64,000 nucleotides of DNA from Candidatus Saccharimonadota bacterium (GTDB lineage: Bacteria; Patescibacteriota; Saccharimonadia; Saccharimonadales; UBA4665). Both the position numbers and the translations under genes were made by a program. Below are positions 25,332 through 35,441 of this stretch, in pieces; position 1 is the first letter of the stretch, and the number at the start of each line of letters is the position of its first letter. The stretch lies in the NCBI GenBank assembly GCA_020427985.1, contig JAGQNR010000001.1:89784-153783 (forward strand), written 5' to 3'. The notes beneath the pieces were generated by a model. That model was not told the DNA's origin, did not search any database, and was given only the letters and a program-made list of their open reading frames with translations.

Positions 25332-26105
25332 ATGCCCACAAAACCTATGTTATTTACTGCCAAGAACCTCGCACTGTCATTTACGACGGGCGACCAAGAA
25401 GTTCAAGCTGTTCGTTCGTGTAATGTGACGGTTCCCGAGCATGCTATCACGGTAATATTTGGTGCATCTGGTAGTGGAAAATCAAGTCTACTTAATGTTG
25501 TGTCGGGGCTCCAAAAACCAACGAGCGGCAGCCTACTCTATCGTGGCGTTGATGTCTATGAGCAGTCGCTGAACGAACTTGCTTACTTTAGGGCTCATGA
25601 GCTCGGGATCGTGTATCAGACCAATTACTGGGTAAAAAGCCTGACCGTCCTAGATAATGTAGCAATGCCACTCTATTTTCAGGGCCAATCCCAGGCGGAA
25701 GCCCATCGCCGTGCTCATGAGGCGCTTAGCGCAGTTAATATGGGGCAGTTTGCAACAAAATACCCGGCGTTGCTATCTGGCGGTGAGCAGCAGCGTGTAG
25801 CGGTTGCACGGGCAATTGTGGCGGATCCACCGGTTATCATTGCCGACGAGCCTACGGGCAGCCTGGACTCAACAAACGGTGACGCTATTATTGCATTGCT
25901 GCAAAAGTTGCGTGATGATCATGGTAAAACCATAGTGCTCGTAACACACAATATGGAGTACTTGCATATCGCAAATCACCTACTTGAAGTACAGGACGGC
26001 ACTGTTACTCAAATTGAAGAAGCCCAGATACCAAGAACCGTCAAGAAAATGCTCGGCGATGCTCAGACGCGAATAACAAAGCTCATGGAGGAACACACTA
26101 CATGA
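25332..26105 (+). CDS. ABC transporter ATP-binding protein (MacB/LolD/FtsE-like)
   Basis: Walker [10 protein letters not shown], signature [14 protein letters not shown], Walker [14 protein letters not shown]-loop VTHN. ATG 25332 comes directly after the stop of the giant ORF. Confidence 0.9.
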   Translation: MPTKPMLFTAKNLALSFTTGDQEVQAVRSCNVTVPEHAITVIFGASGSGKSSLLNVVSGLQKPTSGSLLYRGVDVYEQSLNELAYFRAHELGIVYQTNYWVKSLTVLDNVAMPLYFQGQSQAEAHRRAHEALSAVNMGQFATKYPALLSGGEQQRVAVARAIVADPPVIIADEPTGSLDSTNGDAIIALLQKLRDDHGKTIVLVTHNMEYLHIANHLLEVQDGTVTQIEEAQIPRTVKKMLGDAQTRITKLMEEHTT

Positions 26106-27331
26106 TGAAGCGCCGCACTATAAAAGACCGACCGACCGTGCAGCCGCGTGTGCTCGCAATGATTGCATACCGAAATTTGCTGCAGAAGCGACTCCGCACA
26201 CTGTTGACGGTATCGGGGATTGCGATTGGTATCGGATCAGTATATTTCCTCCTTTCTTTTGGTATTGGCTTGCAGCGGCTTGTCGCAAATCAGGTCATCG
26301 GCAATCAATCAATTAGAACGATTGATGTTAAGCCAACTAACTCTAGTATCATAAAGCTCGATGATATAGCTGTGCAGCGCATCAGTGAAGTTCCGGATGT
26401 AAAAGAAATAGGCAAGATCTACTATTTCCCCGGCAGCTTCAAGCTTAATAACAGCGAAACCGATAGTATTGTGTATGGCATCGACAAAGGCTACGAGCAA
26501 CTAACATACTTAAACCTTATCAAGGGCGAGCTACTTAAGGACACTGCTGTAAAGAATCCAATTGTAATGAATAAGGCGGCACTGGAAGCAATTGGACTTG
26601 GCAAGGATCCTTCAATCGTTATCGGTAAGTCTATCGACATCACTGTACCGCTACCTAAAATCCAGTCACAGTCAAAGGTATACCAACGAAGTATGCAAAT
26701 TGTTGGTGTGATTGACTCTGGCAGCGGTGCTGAGATTTTTATACCATCGACTGAGTTCAGGCAACTTGGCGTACCTGCGCTCACGCAACTGAAAGTTGGT
26801 GTTGACAGCGTTGAAACTGTCAGCAAGGCTCGTGCTCAGATTGAATCAATAGGCCTCGAAACGAGCTCCCCTGTAGACACCTTGAATGAAATTAACAAGG
26901 TATTTAACTATCTCAATCTTATCCTGATTGGTTTTGGTGGCATTGGGATGCTCATTGCGATTCTTGGTATGTTTAACACATTGACGATTTCGCTCTTGGA
27001 GCGTACCAAGGAGATTGGACTGATGGTCGCTCTTGGAGCGCGATCGGTCGACATGAAGCGACTCTTTATATTCGAAGCATTATTCCTGTCACTGGTGGGC
27101 GCGACACTCGGCATTGTTGGCGCTGTTGGTTTAGGGTGGTTGATAAATATAGTCATGAATATGCTCGCTGCTGGTCGTGGCGTAAAGGATGGATTCCAAC
27201 TATTTGCTCATCCCTATCAATTGGTGTTTGGTGTTATAGGGTTCATGGTAATCGTCGGTCTACTTGTCGTAGTTCTGCCAGCTCGTCGAGCGCAGAAGAT
27301 TAGTCCTATTGACGCCCTGCGCAGAGAATAG
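26102..27331 (+). CDS. ABC transporter permease (FtsX/MacB-type)
   Basis: 409 aa. Topology is an N-terminal TM, a large extracytoplasmic loop and a C-terminal 3-TM FtsX-like bundle. It has an ATGA overlap with the ATPase gene. Confidence 0.85.
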   Translation: MMKRRTIKDRPTVQPRVLAMIAYRNLLQKRLRTLLTVSGIAIGIGSVYFLLSFGIGLQRLVANQVIGNQSIRTIDVKPTNSSIIKLDDIAVQRISEVPDVKEIGKIYYFPGSFKLNNSETDSIVYGIDKGYEQLTYLNLIKGELLKDTAVKNPIVMNKAALEAIGLGKDPSIVIGKSIDITVPLPKIQSQSKVYQRSMQIVGVIDSGSGAEIFIPSTEFRQLGVPALTQLKVGVDSVETVSKARAQIESIGLETSSPVDTLNEINKVFNYLNLILIGFGGIGMLIAILGMFNTLTISLLERTKEIGLMVALGARSVDMKRLFIFEALFLSLVGATLGIVGAVGLGWLINIVMNMLAAGRGVKDGFQLFAHPYQLVFGVIGFMVIVGLLVVVLPARRAQKISPIDALRRE

Positions 27332-27502
27332 AAGATACGACATGAGCGGATCAATAAATAATAAGTTGTAGAATAGTCTACGAATCTTACAGATACAGAA
27401 AATTCTTATGTTTTCGTTCAAATTGCTTATGCCGCTTGCATTCCTGCAGGGGTGTGCTTTATGTTCAGGTCACAAGCCAACTATTTTTACACGGAGGGTC
27501 AC

Positions 27503-27847
27503 ATGATCAGAAGTTCCACAAAATTCAAAATAGTCGGGCTCATAGTGGCTCTCGGGATACCGTTTGTGGTAAGTCCTCCCGTGTTTGCCGCGGGAGGTGA
27601 CATTTCACAGGTTGAATCGTTCATCCGAAGTGTCATCACCACCATTGCAGGTTTAGCCGGTCTCATTGCGACCGGCTTTCTTGTTTATGGAGGCCTGATT
27701 TACATTACGAGCTCGGGTAATCCCGAACGGCTCGATGGCGCAAAGAGGACATTGTTTTTCTCTGCGATGGGCCTCGCGATCGTTATTGGAGCATTCGTGC
27801 TCAGTAACATCGTCACGACACTCGCTACCAATGCATTCGGTAAGTAG
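27503..27847 (+). CDS. VirB2/TrbC-like pilin-type small membrane protein
   Basis: SD GGAGGG before ATG 27503. Signal-like N-terminus ending PPVFAAGG, then two hydrophobic helices separated by YITSSGNPERLDGAKR. Confidence 0.55.
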   Translation: MIRSSTKFKIVGLIVALGIPFVVSPPVFAAGGDISQVESFIRSVITTIAGLAGLIATGFLVYGGLIYITSSGNPERLDGAKRTLFFSAMGLAIVIGAFVLSNIVTTLATNAFGK

Positions 27848-27894
27848 CAAAACCAAAACCAGTATCTAGAGGGTAAACACTAATCAGGGGGTAT

Positions 27895-29430
27895 ATGGAA
27901 AGCGTTCTTTTCTCAGCACTCACGTACTTCGGCGATACTTCCGCTGCTGTATCCGCCATGAGGGACTACGTGACTCCAACAATTCGGACATTGGCGGCTC
28001 TGGCTGGCATCGCGTCAGTCTTCTTCCTTGTCAACGGTGGCTACTTGTACATGACGAGTGCCGGTAAGCCGGATACTCTGGAACACGCCAAACGAGTGAT
28101 ACGTAATGCACTGCTCGGATTACTCATTGTCCTTGCAGCGGTGACAATAACTTCAATCCTTTCAAACGCATACGGTACACCACATAACCCGAATGGCGCT
28201 ACACTGCCAAGTCTGGAGGCCATTCCGCCTAAAGATGTCGGTTCTGGACTCATCGACGTGCTCATCAATGCCGTCGTCGGGTTCTTGAATGCAATCATCC
28301 AAGCGATTGCGACTCCATTCCTTGGGGCGTTAGATTACTTCACAAAAGCCACGCCACTCATGGCTGAAAACTCCTCCGTGTTCAACCTGTGGCTAGCGAT
28401 TGTCGGCATTACTGACGTGCTATTTGTGGTCATTCTGGGGCTCATAGGCCTCCACGTCATGAGTGCCGCAAGCTTCGGCTTCGATGAGATTGAGTTCAAA
28501 CACTTATTGCCACGTATTGGGTTAGTGTTCCTACTGCTCAACACCTCCATATTTGCCATTGACGGTATCATTGAGCTATCCAATGCCCTGATTACCGCCA
28601 TCGGCAAAGTATCCGGGGCGAGTTCGGTCTGGACGACACTAACATCCGTCTTCAAAGAAGCAGGAGGTCAAGGACTGGCCTCGCTTCTGGTAATGCTCGC
28701 ATTCCTGATCTTTTCGGTAATACTCCTGGTCTACTACGTTGGACGTCTCGTGACCCTGTTTATTGGGGCGGTGTTATCACCGCTCGTAATACTCGTATGG
28801 TTAGTCCCGGGATTCCGGGACTTTTCAGAGGCGGCCATAAAGACCTACATCACCACGATATTCACGCTGTTCGTCCATGTGGTCATTCTGATGCTTGCCG
28901 CCTCGCTATTCACAGGCATGAGCTCGACCAGTGGCAATGATGTACCAGATACTCTCATGTCCATGATTGTTGGACTGGCTACAGTTATGGCACTCCTGAA
29001 GACTCAGGGAGTCATGATGCAGTTCTCCTACGTCAGTGGGGGTGCACGGAATGCTCGTAAACTTGGTGGCCAATTCATGAACGGCGTGAGTTACATGACC
29101 GGTAAAGGTAAGGTCGCGGCTGGCGCAGTCGCAAGCAAAACTGAGGGCGTGAAACGAACTCGGGCTATGGCTAGCACCGAAGCAACAGCAGTTCGCACCG
29201 GTCGTCGTCAGACCATGAACTACACCACCAAAAAAGGAAATGACGCGACCTATTCTGTTAAGCCAAACCGCAGCAGTAGCCAAAACAAGGGAGTTTCAGT
29301 ATCGAAGAAAACGGGAACGACCTATCCAGCGCCAAAAGTGACACCTCGCAGCAATGCCCAGCCAATGAAAACGCCCTCCACTTTCCCGAGCAACCACCCG
29401 AAGAATAATTCCAAGGATATAACACTATGA
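27895..29430 (+). CDS. polytopic T4SS membrane protein: pilin-like N-terminal module fused to a VirB6/TrbL-like multi-TM domain
   Basis: The first ~95 aa are paralogous to 27503..27847 (LAGIASVFFLVNGGYLYMTSAGKPDTLEHAKR versus LAGLIATGFLVYGGLIYITSSGNPERLDGAKR). At least 6 TM helices follow, then a basic Ser/Thr/Lys-rich tail. Confidence 0.6.
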   Translation: MESVLFSALTYFGDTSAAVSAMRDYVTPTIRTLAALAGIASVFFLVNGGYLYMTSAGKPDTLEHAKRVIRNALLGLLIVLAAVTITSILSNAYGTPHNPNGATLPSLEAIPPKDVGSGLIDVLINAVVGFLNAIIQAIATPFLGALDYFTKATPLMAENSSVFNLWLAIVGITDVLFVVILGLIGLHVMSAASFGFDEIEFKHLLPRIGLVFLLLNTSIFAIDGIIELSNALITAIGKVSGASSVWTTLTSVFKEAGGQGLASLLVMLAFLIFSVILLVYYVGRLVTLFIGAVLSPLVILVWLVPGFRDFSEAAIKTYITTIFTLFVHVVILMLAASLFTGMSSTSGNDVPDTLMSMIVGLATVMALLKTQGVMMQFSYVSGGARNARKLGGQFMNGVSYMTGKGKVAAGAVASKTEGVKRTRAMASTEATAVRTGRRQTMNYTTKKGNDATYSVKPNRSSSQNKGVSVSKKTGTTYPAPKVTPRSNAQPMKTPSTFPSNHPKNNSKDITL

Positions 29431-29933
29431 AAATAACCGTAGTACCTGCCCAAGTCACCACCGTCGAAGACAGGATTATGGGATCCTTGAGCTTATCCCA
29501 GCTCATGATAATCCTGCTACCAGTCTTCGTAAGCGCTGCACTGTTCACCATACTGCCACCGGCTATGGGATCTAGTATCTACAAGTACGTGATCATGGGC
29601 ATCCTGTTTGTCATCTGTCTCATTCTGAGTATCCGAATCAAGGGCAAGATTGTTGCCCTCTGGATTGTGACCATTCTCCGCTACAACTTACGTCCGAAAT
29701 ACTACTTGTTCAATAAAAACGTCACAACGCTTCGAGCTGACTATGCCGAGATTAAACAGGCAGAAGCAAAGAAAGAATCTGCCAAAGAATCGACTAAAGC
29801 AGCTATGCCACGACTGGGCACACTGGAAACTGCCAGAGTCCTTGCCACCATTGAAAATCCTGCATCCAATCTGAGATTCGAAACCACAAAGAAAGGAGGC
29901 TTACATGTTCGCCTTACAGAAGTCGAAGAGTAA
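29427..29933 (+). CDS. VirB3/PrgI-like small T4SS membrane protein
   Basis: 168 aa with two adjacent TM helices and a charged tail. It sits directly upstream of VirB4 and has an ATGA overlap with the previous gene. Confidence 0.5.
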   Translation: MKITVVPAQVTTVEDRIMGSLSLSQLMIILLPVFVSAALFTILPPAMGSSIYKYVIMGILFVICLILSIRIKGKIVALWIVTILRYNLRPKYYLFNKNVTTLRADYAEIKQAEAKKESAKESTKAAMPRLGTLETARVLATIENPASNLRFETTKKGGLHVRLTEVEE

Positions 29934-30540
29934 AACATCCAGCCGTAATCAAATCGCTATCAAGGGAGTCCGAGACGGAATCCTGATGCTACCAAATAAT
30001 GAGTATCGGGCAATACTACAAGTATCCAGTCTGAACTTCGAGCTTAGATCCGAAGAAGAACAAGATGCCATCATGGATACCTACGAGAGCTTCCTCAACT
30101 CCGTCGGCTCATCACTCCAGATCCTTATTCGGACCCGAGAGATTGATATGGATAAATACCTCGAAGACCTCAAGGTACGGCTCGACGATGAACCTGAGCA
30201 AATCTACCGTGACCAGCTCAAGAACTACGATGAGTTTATCCGTACTCTCATCCAAAGCAATAAAATCCTGACGCGCCATTTCTACATCGTCATCCCGTAC
30301 CACGCCAGTAACAAAGCCGATTTCGAATTGGTATATGAGCAACTAAATCTCAAGCTCGACATTGTAGCTAAGGGCATGATGCGAATCGGAATGCACACCA
30401 AAGAGCTCAGTAGCCTTGAAATCCTCGACCTGTTCTACAGCTTCTATAGTCCAACCCAGGCCAAGATTCAACCACTGACCGAACACGCCTTGCAGCTCAT
30501 CCACACTGCACTCGTAGAGAAAGGAGAAAACGATGAATAG
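29905..30540 (+). CDS. VirB4/TrsE-type N-terminal domain encoded as a separate ORF
   Basis: 211 aa with its own SD AAGGAGG. IAIKGVRDGILMLPNNEYRAILQVSSLNFELRSEEEQDAIMDTYESFLNS resembles the N-terminus of Gram-positive VirB4 ATPases. Confidence 0.6.
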   Translation: MFALQKSKSKTSSRNQIAIKGVRDGILMLPNNEYRAILQVSSLNFELRSEEEQDAIMDTYESFLNSVGSSLQILIRTREIDMDKYLEDLKVRLDDEPEQIYRDQLKNYDEFIRTLIQSNKILTRHFYIVIPYHASNKADFELVYEQLNLKLDIVAKGMMRIGMHTKELSSLEILDLFYSFYSPTQAKIQPLTEHALQLIHTALVEKGENDE

Positions 30541-32266
30541 TCCAGTCGCAGCAATCAAAAAACACCAACAAGCAAAACTCGAAAAACAAAAGGAACTCAA
30601 GATTACGTTTGGCGAACAGGATGCCATTGATGTCTTGTCCTACGCCGGACTTGAAGAGAACATTGACCACCTCTGTATCGATGGGGTGTACCTACGGACA
30701 CTCTACATTAGTGGCTATCCGTTTGTCGCTAACTCAGGCTGGATGGATACGCTGATCAACTTCAACCATGATACAGATATTGCGTACCACGTCACGGAAG
30801 TAAATGCCCTCCACGCACTGCCAAAACTACACCGAAAGATCACCGAGCTTGAATCTACCAAGCGTGCCATGATGCGTGCCGGTAAGATTGTGGGGTCTGA
30901 GATTACAGACCCGTTAGATAGCGCCATTGAGCTTCGAGATAAGATCCAGCGCGGTCAAGAAAAACTATTCCAAATGGCTATCTACATTAGCCTCAGGGCT
31001 GAAAGCCTTGAGGAGTTGAACAAGACAACTAAACTGCTCGAAGCTACCATGTCGGCACGACTCTTTTACACCAAAGTAGCCCGTTACCAACAACTCGAAG
31101 CGCTGCAAAGCATCTTGCCCCGCGGTGAAGACCAGCTCGACCAGAAGCGAAACCTGGACAGCTCCAGTGCAGCACTGACATTCCCATTCATGTCATCCGA
31201 GCTGGTACAAGAATCTGGCATTCTGTATGGGGTGAATAAGAGCAATAACTCTCTGGTGATCCTCGATCGATTTAGCTTGCACAATGCCAATAGCATTACG
31301 TTCGCGCAGTCCGGTTCCGGCAAGAGTTACACGACAAAGGTGGAGATTCTCCGCCAGCTCATGCAAGGCACGAAAGTAATCGTGATCGATCCAGAGCGTG
31401 AGTACAAACGACTGACTGAATCGGTTGGTGGGACATATGTGAAGCTCAGTGCTACCAGCAAGGAAAAGATTAACCCGTTCGACCTGGCCACGACCTTCCA
31501 CAAAATATCTGACTTGTCTGAACACGCCCAAGACTTAACTGAAGTCATTAGCCTGATGGCAGAAGGACTTTCAGCCCGAGAAAAAGCGGCCGTAGATAAA
31601 GCTATCCTGAAGGTATACAAGAAGGCCAAAGAAACGCAGCCACTCCTTGAGGATCTGTATGCAGAGCTCAATCACCTAGGGCAAATGAAACTCTGTGAAC
31701 GACTAGAGAAATATATCTCAGGATCACTGGCCAATGTCTTTAACGCCCAGACGAACATCAAACTGGACAACCGCCTCGTGATATTTGACATCAAGGATCT
31801 GCCAGAGAGTTTGAGGCAGATTATGATGCTCATCATCTCAAACTTTGTACAGAATCAGGTTAAGGCTTCACCTGAGAAACGACTGCTCATTATCGACGAA
31901 GGATGGCTACTGCTCGAACACGAAGAGTCCGCCCGATTCGTAGCAGGACTGGTACGACGAGCCCGTAAATATTACTTGGGTGTGAGTATCATATCTCAGC
32001 AAGCTAACGACTTTCTGAAGAGTGATTATGGCCGCGCCATTGCCTCGCAGTCAGCTCTTCGGATCCTGATGCGACAAGACACTACAACCATTAAGAATGT
32101 GGTGAGTGAGTTCAACCTCAGCGAGTACGAACAAAGCTATCTCCTGACGTGTGAACGTGGTGACGCACTACTTGTAGCAGATCAGAACCATGTTGCAGTT
32201 AAAGTTGTTGCCAGCGACAAAGAACACCCACTCATTACGACTAACCCTCAGGAACTCTACGGATGA
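30533..32266 (+). CDS. virB4: VirB4-family T4SS ATPase (C-terminal ATPase part)
   Basis: 577 aa. Walker A AQSGSGKSYTTK, Walker B RLLIIDEGWLLL, GVSIISQQANDF. Own SD AAGGAG, with an ATGAATAG overlap with the upstream ORF. Confidence 0.9.
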   Translation: MNSPVAAIKKHQQAKLEKQKELKITFGEQDAIDVLSYAGLEENIDHLCIDGVYLRTLYISGYPFVANSGWMDTLINFNHDTDIAYHVTEVNALHALPKLHRKITELESTKRAMMRAGKIVGSEITDPLDSAIELRDKIQRGQEKLFQMAIYISLRAESLEELNKTTKLLEATMSARLFYTKVARYQQLEALQSILPRGEDQLDQKRNLDSSSAALTFPFMSSELVQESGILYGVNKSNNSLVILDRFSLHNANSITFAQSGSGKSYTTKVEILRQLMQGTKVIVIDPEREYKRLTESVGGTYVKLSATSKEKINPFDLATTFHKISDLSEHAQDLTEVISLMAEGLSAREKAAVDKAILKVYKKAKETQPLLEDLYAELNHLGQMKLCERLEKYISGSLANVFNAQTNIKLDNRLVIFDIKDLPESLRQIMMLIISNFVQNQVKASPEKRLLIIDEGWLLLEHEESARFVAGLVRRARKYYLGVSIISQQANDFLKSDYGRAIASQSALRILMRQDTTTIKNVVSEFNLSEYEQSYLLTCERGDALLVADQNHVAVKVVASDKEHPLITTNPQELYG

Positions 32267-32883
32267 ATCCAGCCCTGTTGACACTCAATATTGTCACGGG
32301 CGGCAATATAAAGAAGCAAATTAGCCTCGTTCTAGCGACGATGGCAGTCGTGCTTGCGTTGCCGTTCATGGCAGTCGTGTCGATGGGGTCTGGGGTGCTC
32401 AACTTCTTAAACGGAGTACCGGATGCCAAAGCCGCAGAAACCCAAGGCTTCTACATGGGTGGGCCGGTTCCTGGTGATACCTATGCGTGGGGTAACTGTA
32501 CGTATTGGGCTTTTGCCATGAGACTCTGGGCAGGTGCTCCGATCCCTACAACGTGGGGCAATGCAAATACCTGGGATGATGGTGCACTTGCAGATGGATA
32601 CATCGTTAACCACACCCCGATGGCGGGTGCTGTTTACCAAACAGATGCCGGTAAATGGGGGCACGTTGCTTATGTCATAAAAGTCGATTCCAAAACTGGA
32701 GAATGGACAATTTCCGAAATGAATAACCTAGGCCTCAATATGGTCAACACACGAACATTTTCGAAAGATTCTGCTGTTTACTACACATTCATACACAATA
32801 AGAAAGGAGCAACGCCATGGACACCAACGGATATTTCGCTTGGTTCACAGTACACTGGACAAACATCGTCTATACCGCGCTAG
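32263..32883 (+). CDS. CHAP-domain peptidoglycan hydrolase (VirB1 functional analogue)
   Basis: N-terminal TM followed by a CHAP signature: WGNCTYWAFAMR (Cys), GHVAYV (His), ISEMN. Confidence 0.8.
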   Translation: MNPALLTLNIVTGGNIKKQISLVLATMAVVLALPFMAVVSMGSGVLNFLNGVPDAKAAETQGFYMGGPVPGDTYAWGNCTYWAFAMRLWAGAPIPTTWGNANTWDDGALADGYIVNHTPMAGAVYQTDAGKWGHVAYVIKVDSKTGEWTISEMNNLGLNMVNTRTFSKDSAVYYTFIHNKKGATPWTPTDISLGSQYTGQTSSIPR

Positions 32884-35441
32884 GTATCCTCCTCTTTGTA
32901 GTAGTGATCGTGGTAATGCGTAAGATTCTACGATATAAATTTCTGAAATCAAGAAATATGACTTGGCTAGAACTCACACCTCCATCTCATATTGCCAGAA
33001 CACCTCAAGCGACAAACGAACTGTTCAATGTGATTCACGGTTTTTATGGCAGTAGAAGCATTCGAGATAAACTACTCAATCATCCAGTAATTTTAAGCTT
33101 CGAGATTGCTTCTAATAGGGAGCAAGGAGTACGGTTCCTCGTTCAAGTAGAATCACGTCACGCAGATAGTCTAAAACAAACTGTTGTGGCGTACTTGCCA
33201 CAAATAAAAGTAGAAACTATTGATAACCCAACTTCTCATGAATACAAAGTGATTGAATTTAAGCAGTCTGGTCACTATGCCTTTCCGTTATCGGCAGTAG
33301 AACGCTTAGACCAAAATGATCCAGTTGCGTACCTCACAAGTGCAATGACTAATCTAGAGCCTGATGAGTCAATGCACATACAGCTAGTTCTTGAGCCTGT
33401 TCGCATAAATGAAGCACTGCTTCTTGCACGTCGAATACTTGGCAATGAAGACTTGTTGCGACGCCTCAACTCACGAAAACTACCATTCTGGGATAAGTTT
33501 ATCGACATGATAAATTCAGTGTTTATGGGTACAGCGGATCTGTTCGGTGAAATGTTATCAACAACCCCTAGTACCAAAAGAAGTTACTATGGCCATGACA
33601 GAAACACCTACGATAAAGTACAAGTACAAAAACATCAAAAACCAGCTCGAACACTCAGTACATTCGAACAGGAATTGATGCAGACAATGCACAATAAATT
33701 GAATCAACCACTCTTCAGAGTCAATCTCAGGGTAGCATTGAAGATGAATGATAGTGTTAATGTAAAGCAACGATTCACCGCCATTAAAACATCACTGAAT
33801 GCATATAGCGTTCCCTCGTATCAAACAATTAAAGCCAAACTTGCTATACCTGGGCTTGAAGGGTTTACATTAAAAGCATTCAACACCCGAATGCCATCAA
33901 TACGAAAGAAACAAACAATCACACTTGCATCATCCGAACTCGCAAGTCTATATCACTTCCCAGTAGGCAATACGGCACAGACGGATAATCTCGTCACATC
34001 CCTCAGTCGAACTCTGGCCGCTCCATTATCCCTCAAGCAAGATAAGAATCTCGATGTCGTGATTGGCGAAAATCTACACCACGGAGTAGCAACACTAATT
34101 GGCCTCACTTCTGATGAACGTGAACGCCACATCTATATTATCGGAGGCACTGGAAACGGTAAGACGACATTACTGCAATATCAGATCGTGCAGGACATGA
34201 CAAATGGCAAAGGAATTGCAGTTGTTGATCCGCACGGTGATATGGCTGAAACGCTCCTCAAACACGTACCGCCAGAACGACTAAAGGATGTCATTTATTT
34301 CAATCCTGATGACCTTGAGTATCCAATAGGTCTTAACCTTCTAGAACTAACACCCGGATTATCTGGCAATGAATTACTACGAGAAAAGGACATCATCACT
34401 GAATCGGTGGTATCTGTATTCCGAAAGATATTCTCTGAAGATGACAGTGGCGGCCACCGTATCGAATACGTCCTTCGTAATACCGTGCAAACAGCTTTAA
34501 CGACTGAGAATCCGACACTATTTACCGTGTTTGATTTACTCAATGATGCAGATTATCGAAAGAAGATAATCGCAGCCCTCGAAGATAAAAATCTCAAGAA
34601 CTTCTGGAAGAATGAATTAGGAAAAGCTGGTGATATGCAGAAGGTTAAAATGGCGGCCGGTATTACCGCCAAGATTGGACGATTCCTATTTTCTGCTAGT
34701 GCAAAACAGATACTTGAACAACCAAGATCTACCATCGATTTTGATGACATTATCAATAGCGGCAAGATCCTGATTTGTAACTTCTCAAAAGGATTGCTCG
34801 GTGAAGACACTTCTGAGCTATTCGGCATTACTGTGCTTGCCAAACTACAGCTAGCAAGTCTCCGTCGTGCACGAATTGAACAATCTGAACGAAGGCCGTA
34901 TTACCTCTATGTAGACGAATTCCAAAACTTTGCTACTGCATCATTCGTTCAGATGTTATCAGAGGCGAGAAAGTACCGCTTATTCCTGACTATGGCAGAG
35001 CAATCTACTTCACAGCAGGATGACCAGCAAATGGTAAGTATTATATTAGCCAACGTCGGAACTGTTATCTGTTTCAGGACAGGAAACCCACAAGACGAAA
35101 AGGCATTATTGCCACTATTCAAACCATTCATTGATGAGGGAGAGATAAGTAATCTTCCGGCATACAACTTCTATGCAAAACTGTCAGCAATTAAGGCTCA
35201 GGAGCCCCTCTCAGGACACACCTTGTTACTCGAAACCGAAGGCAGTAAAGAGATATCCCAGGCAGTAAAAACACTATCACAAGCAGCATTTGCTAAGAAA
35301 CAAGAGTCCAAGGTAGAACAGCCGAAGGTTATGCAGAAAAAACCTATAAAACAGCCTTCAGTCACTAAAGTAGTGCCTAAAAATGAAAAGGATCAACCTC
35401 CATTGGTCGATCCTCTCGTTGTCGATATGTTTGACGCTTAA
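32817..35441 (+). CDS. virD4: type IV coupling protein (VirD4/TraG/TraD-type ATPase) with a large N-terminal domain
   Basis: 874 aa. N-terminal TM IVYTALGILLFVVVIVV. Walker A IIGGTGNGKTTLL, Walker B YYLYVDEFQNF, FLTMAEQSTSQ. SD AAAGGAG lies before ATG 32817, and the ORF overlaps the CHAP gene by 67 nt. Confidence 0.85.
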   Translation: MDTNGYFAWFTVHWTNIVYTALGILLFVVVIVVMRKILRYKFLKSRNMTWLELTPPSHIARTPQATNELFNVIHGFYGSRSIRDKLLNHPVILSFEIASNREQGVRFLVQVESRHADSLKQTVVAYLPQIKVETIDNPTSHEYKVIEFKQSGHYAFPLSAVERLDQNDPVAYLTSAMTNLEPDESMHIQLVLEPVRINEALLLARRILGNEDLLRRLNSRKLPFWDKFIDMINSVFMGTADLFGEMLSTTPSTKRSYYGHDRNTYDKVQVQKHQKPARTLSTFEQELMQTMHNKLNQPLFRVNLRVALKMNDSVNVKQRFTAIKTSLNAYSVPSYQTIKAKLAIPGLEGFTLKAFNTRMPSIRKKQTITLASSELASLYHFPVGNTAQTDNLVTSLSRTLAAPLSLKQDKNLDVVIGENLHHGVATLIGLTSDERERHIYIIGGTGNGKTTLLQYQIVQDMTNGKGIAVVDPHGDMAETLLKHVPPERLKDVIYFNPDDLEYPIGLNLLELTPGLSGNELLREKDIITESVVSVFRKIFSEDDSGGHRIEYVLRNTVQTALTTENPTLFTVFDLLNDADYRKKIIAALEDKNLKNFWKNELGKAGDMQKVKMAAGITAKIGRFLFSASAKQILEQPRSTIDFDDIINSGKILICNFSKGLLGEDTSELFGITVLAKLQLASLRRARIEQSERRPYYLYVDEFQNFATASFVQMLSEARKYRLFLTMAEQSTSQQDDQQMVSIILANVGTVICFRTGNPQDEKALLPLFKPFIDEGEISNLPAYNFYAKLSAIKAQEPLSGHTLLLETEGSKEISQAVKTLSQAAFAKKQESKVEQPKVMQKKPIKQPSVTKVVPKNEKDQPPLVDPLVVDMFDA

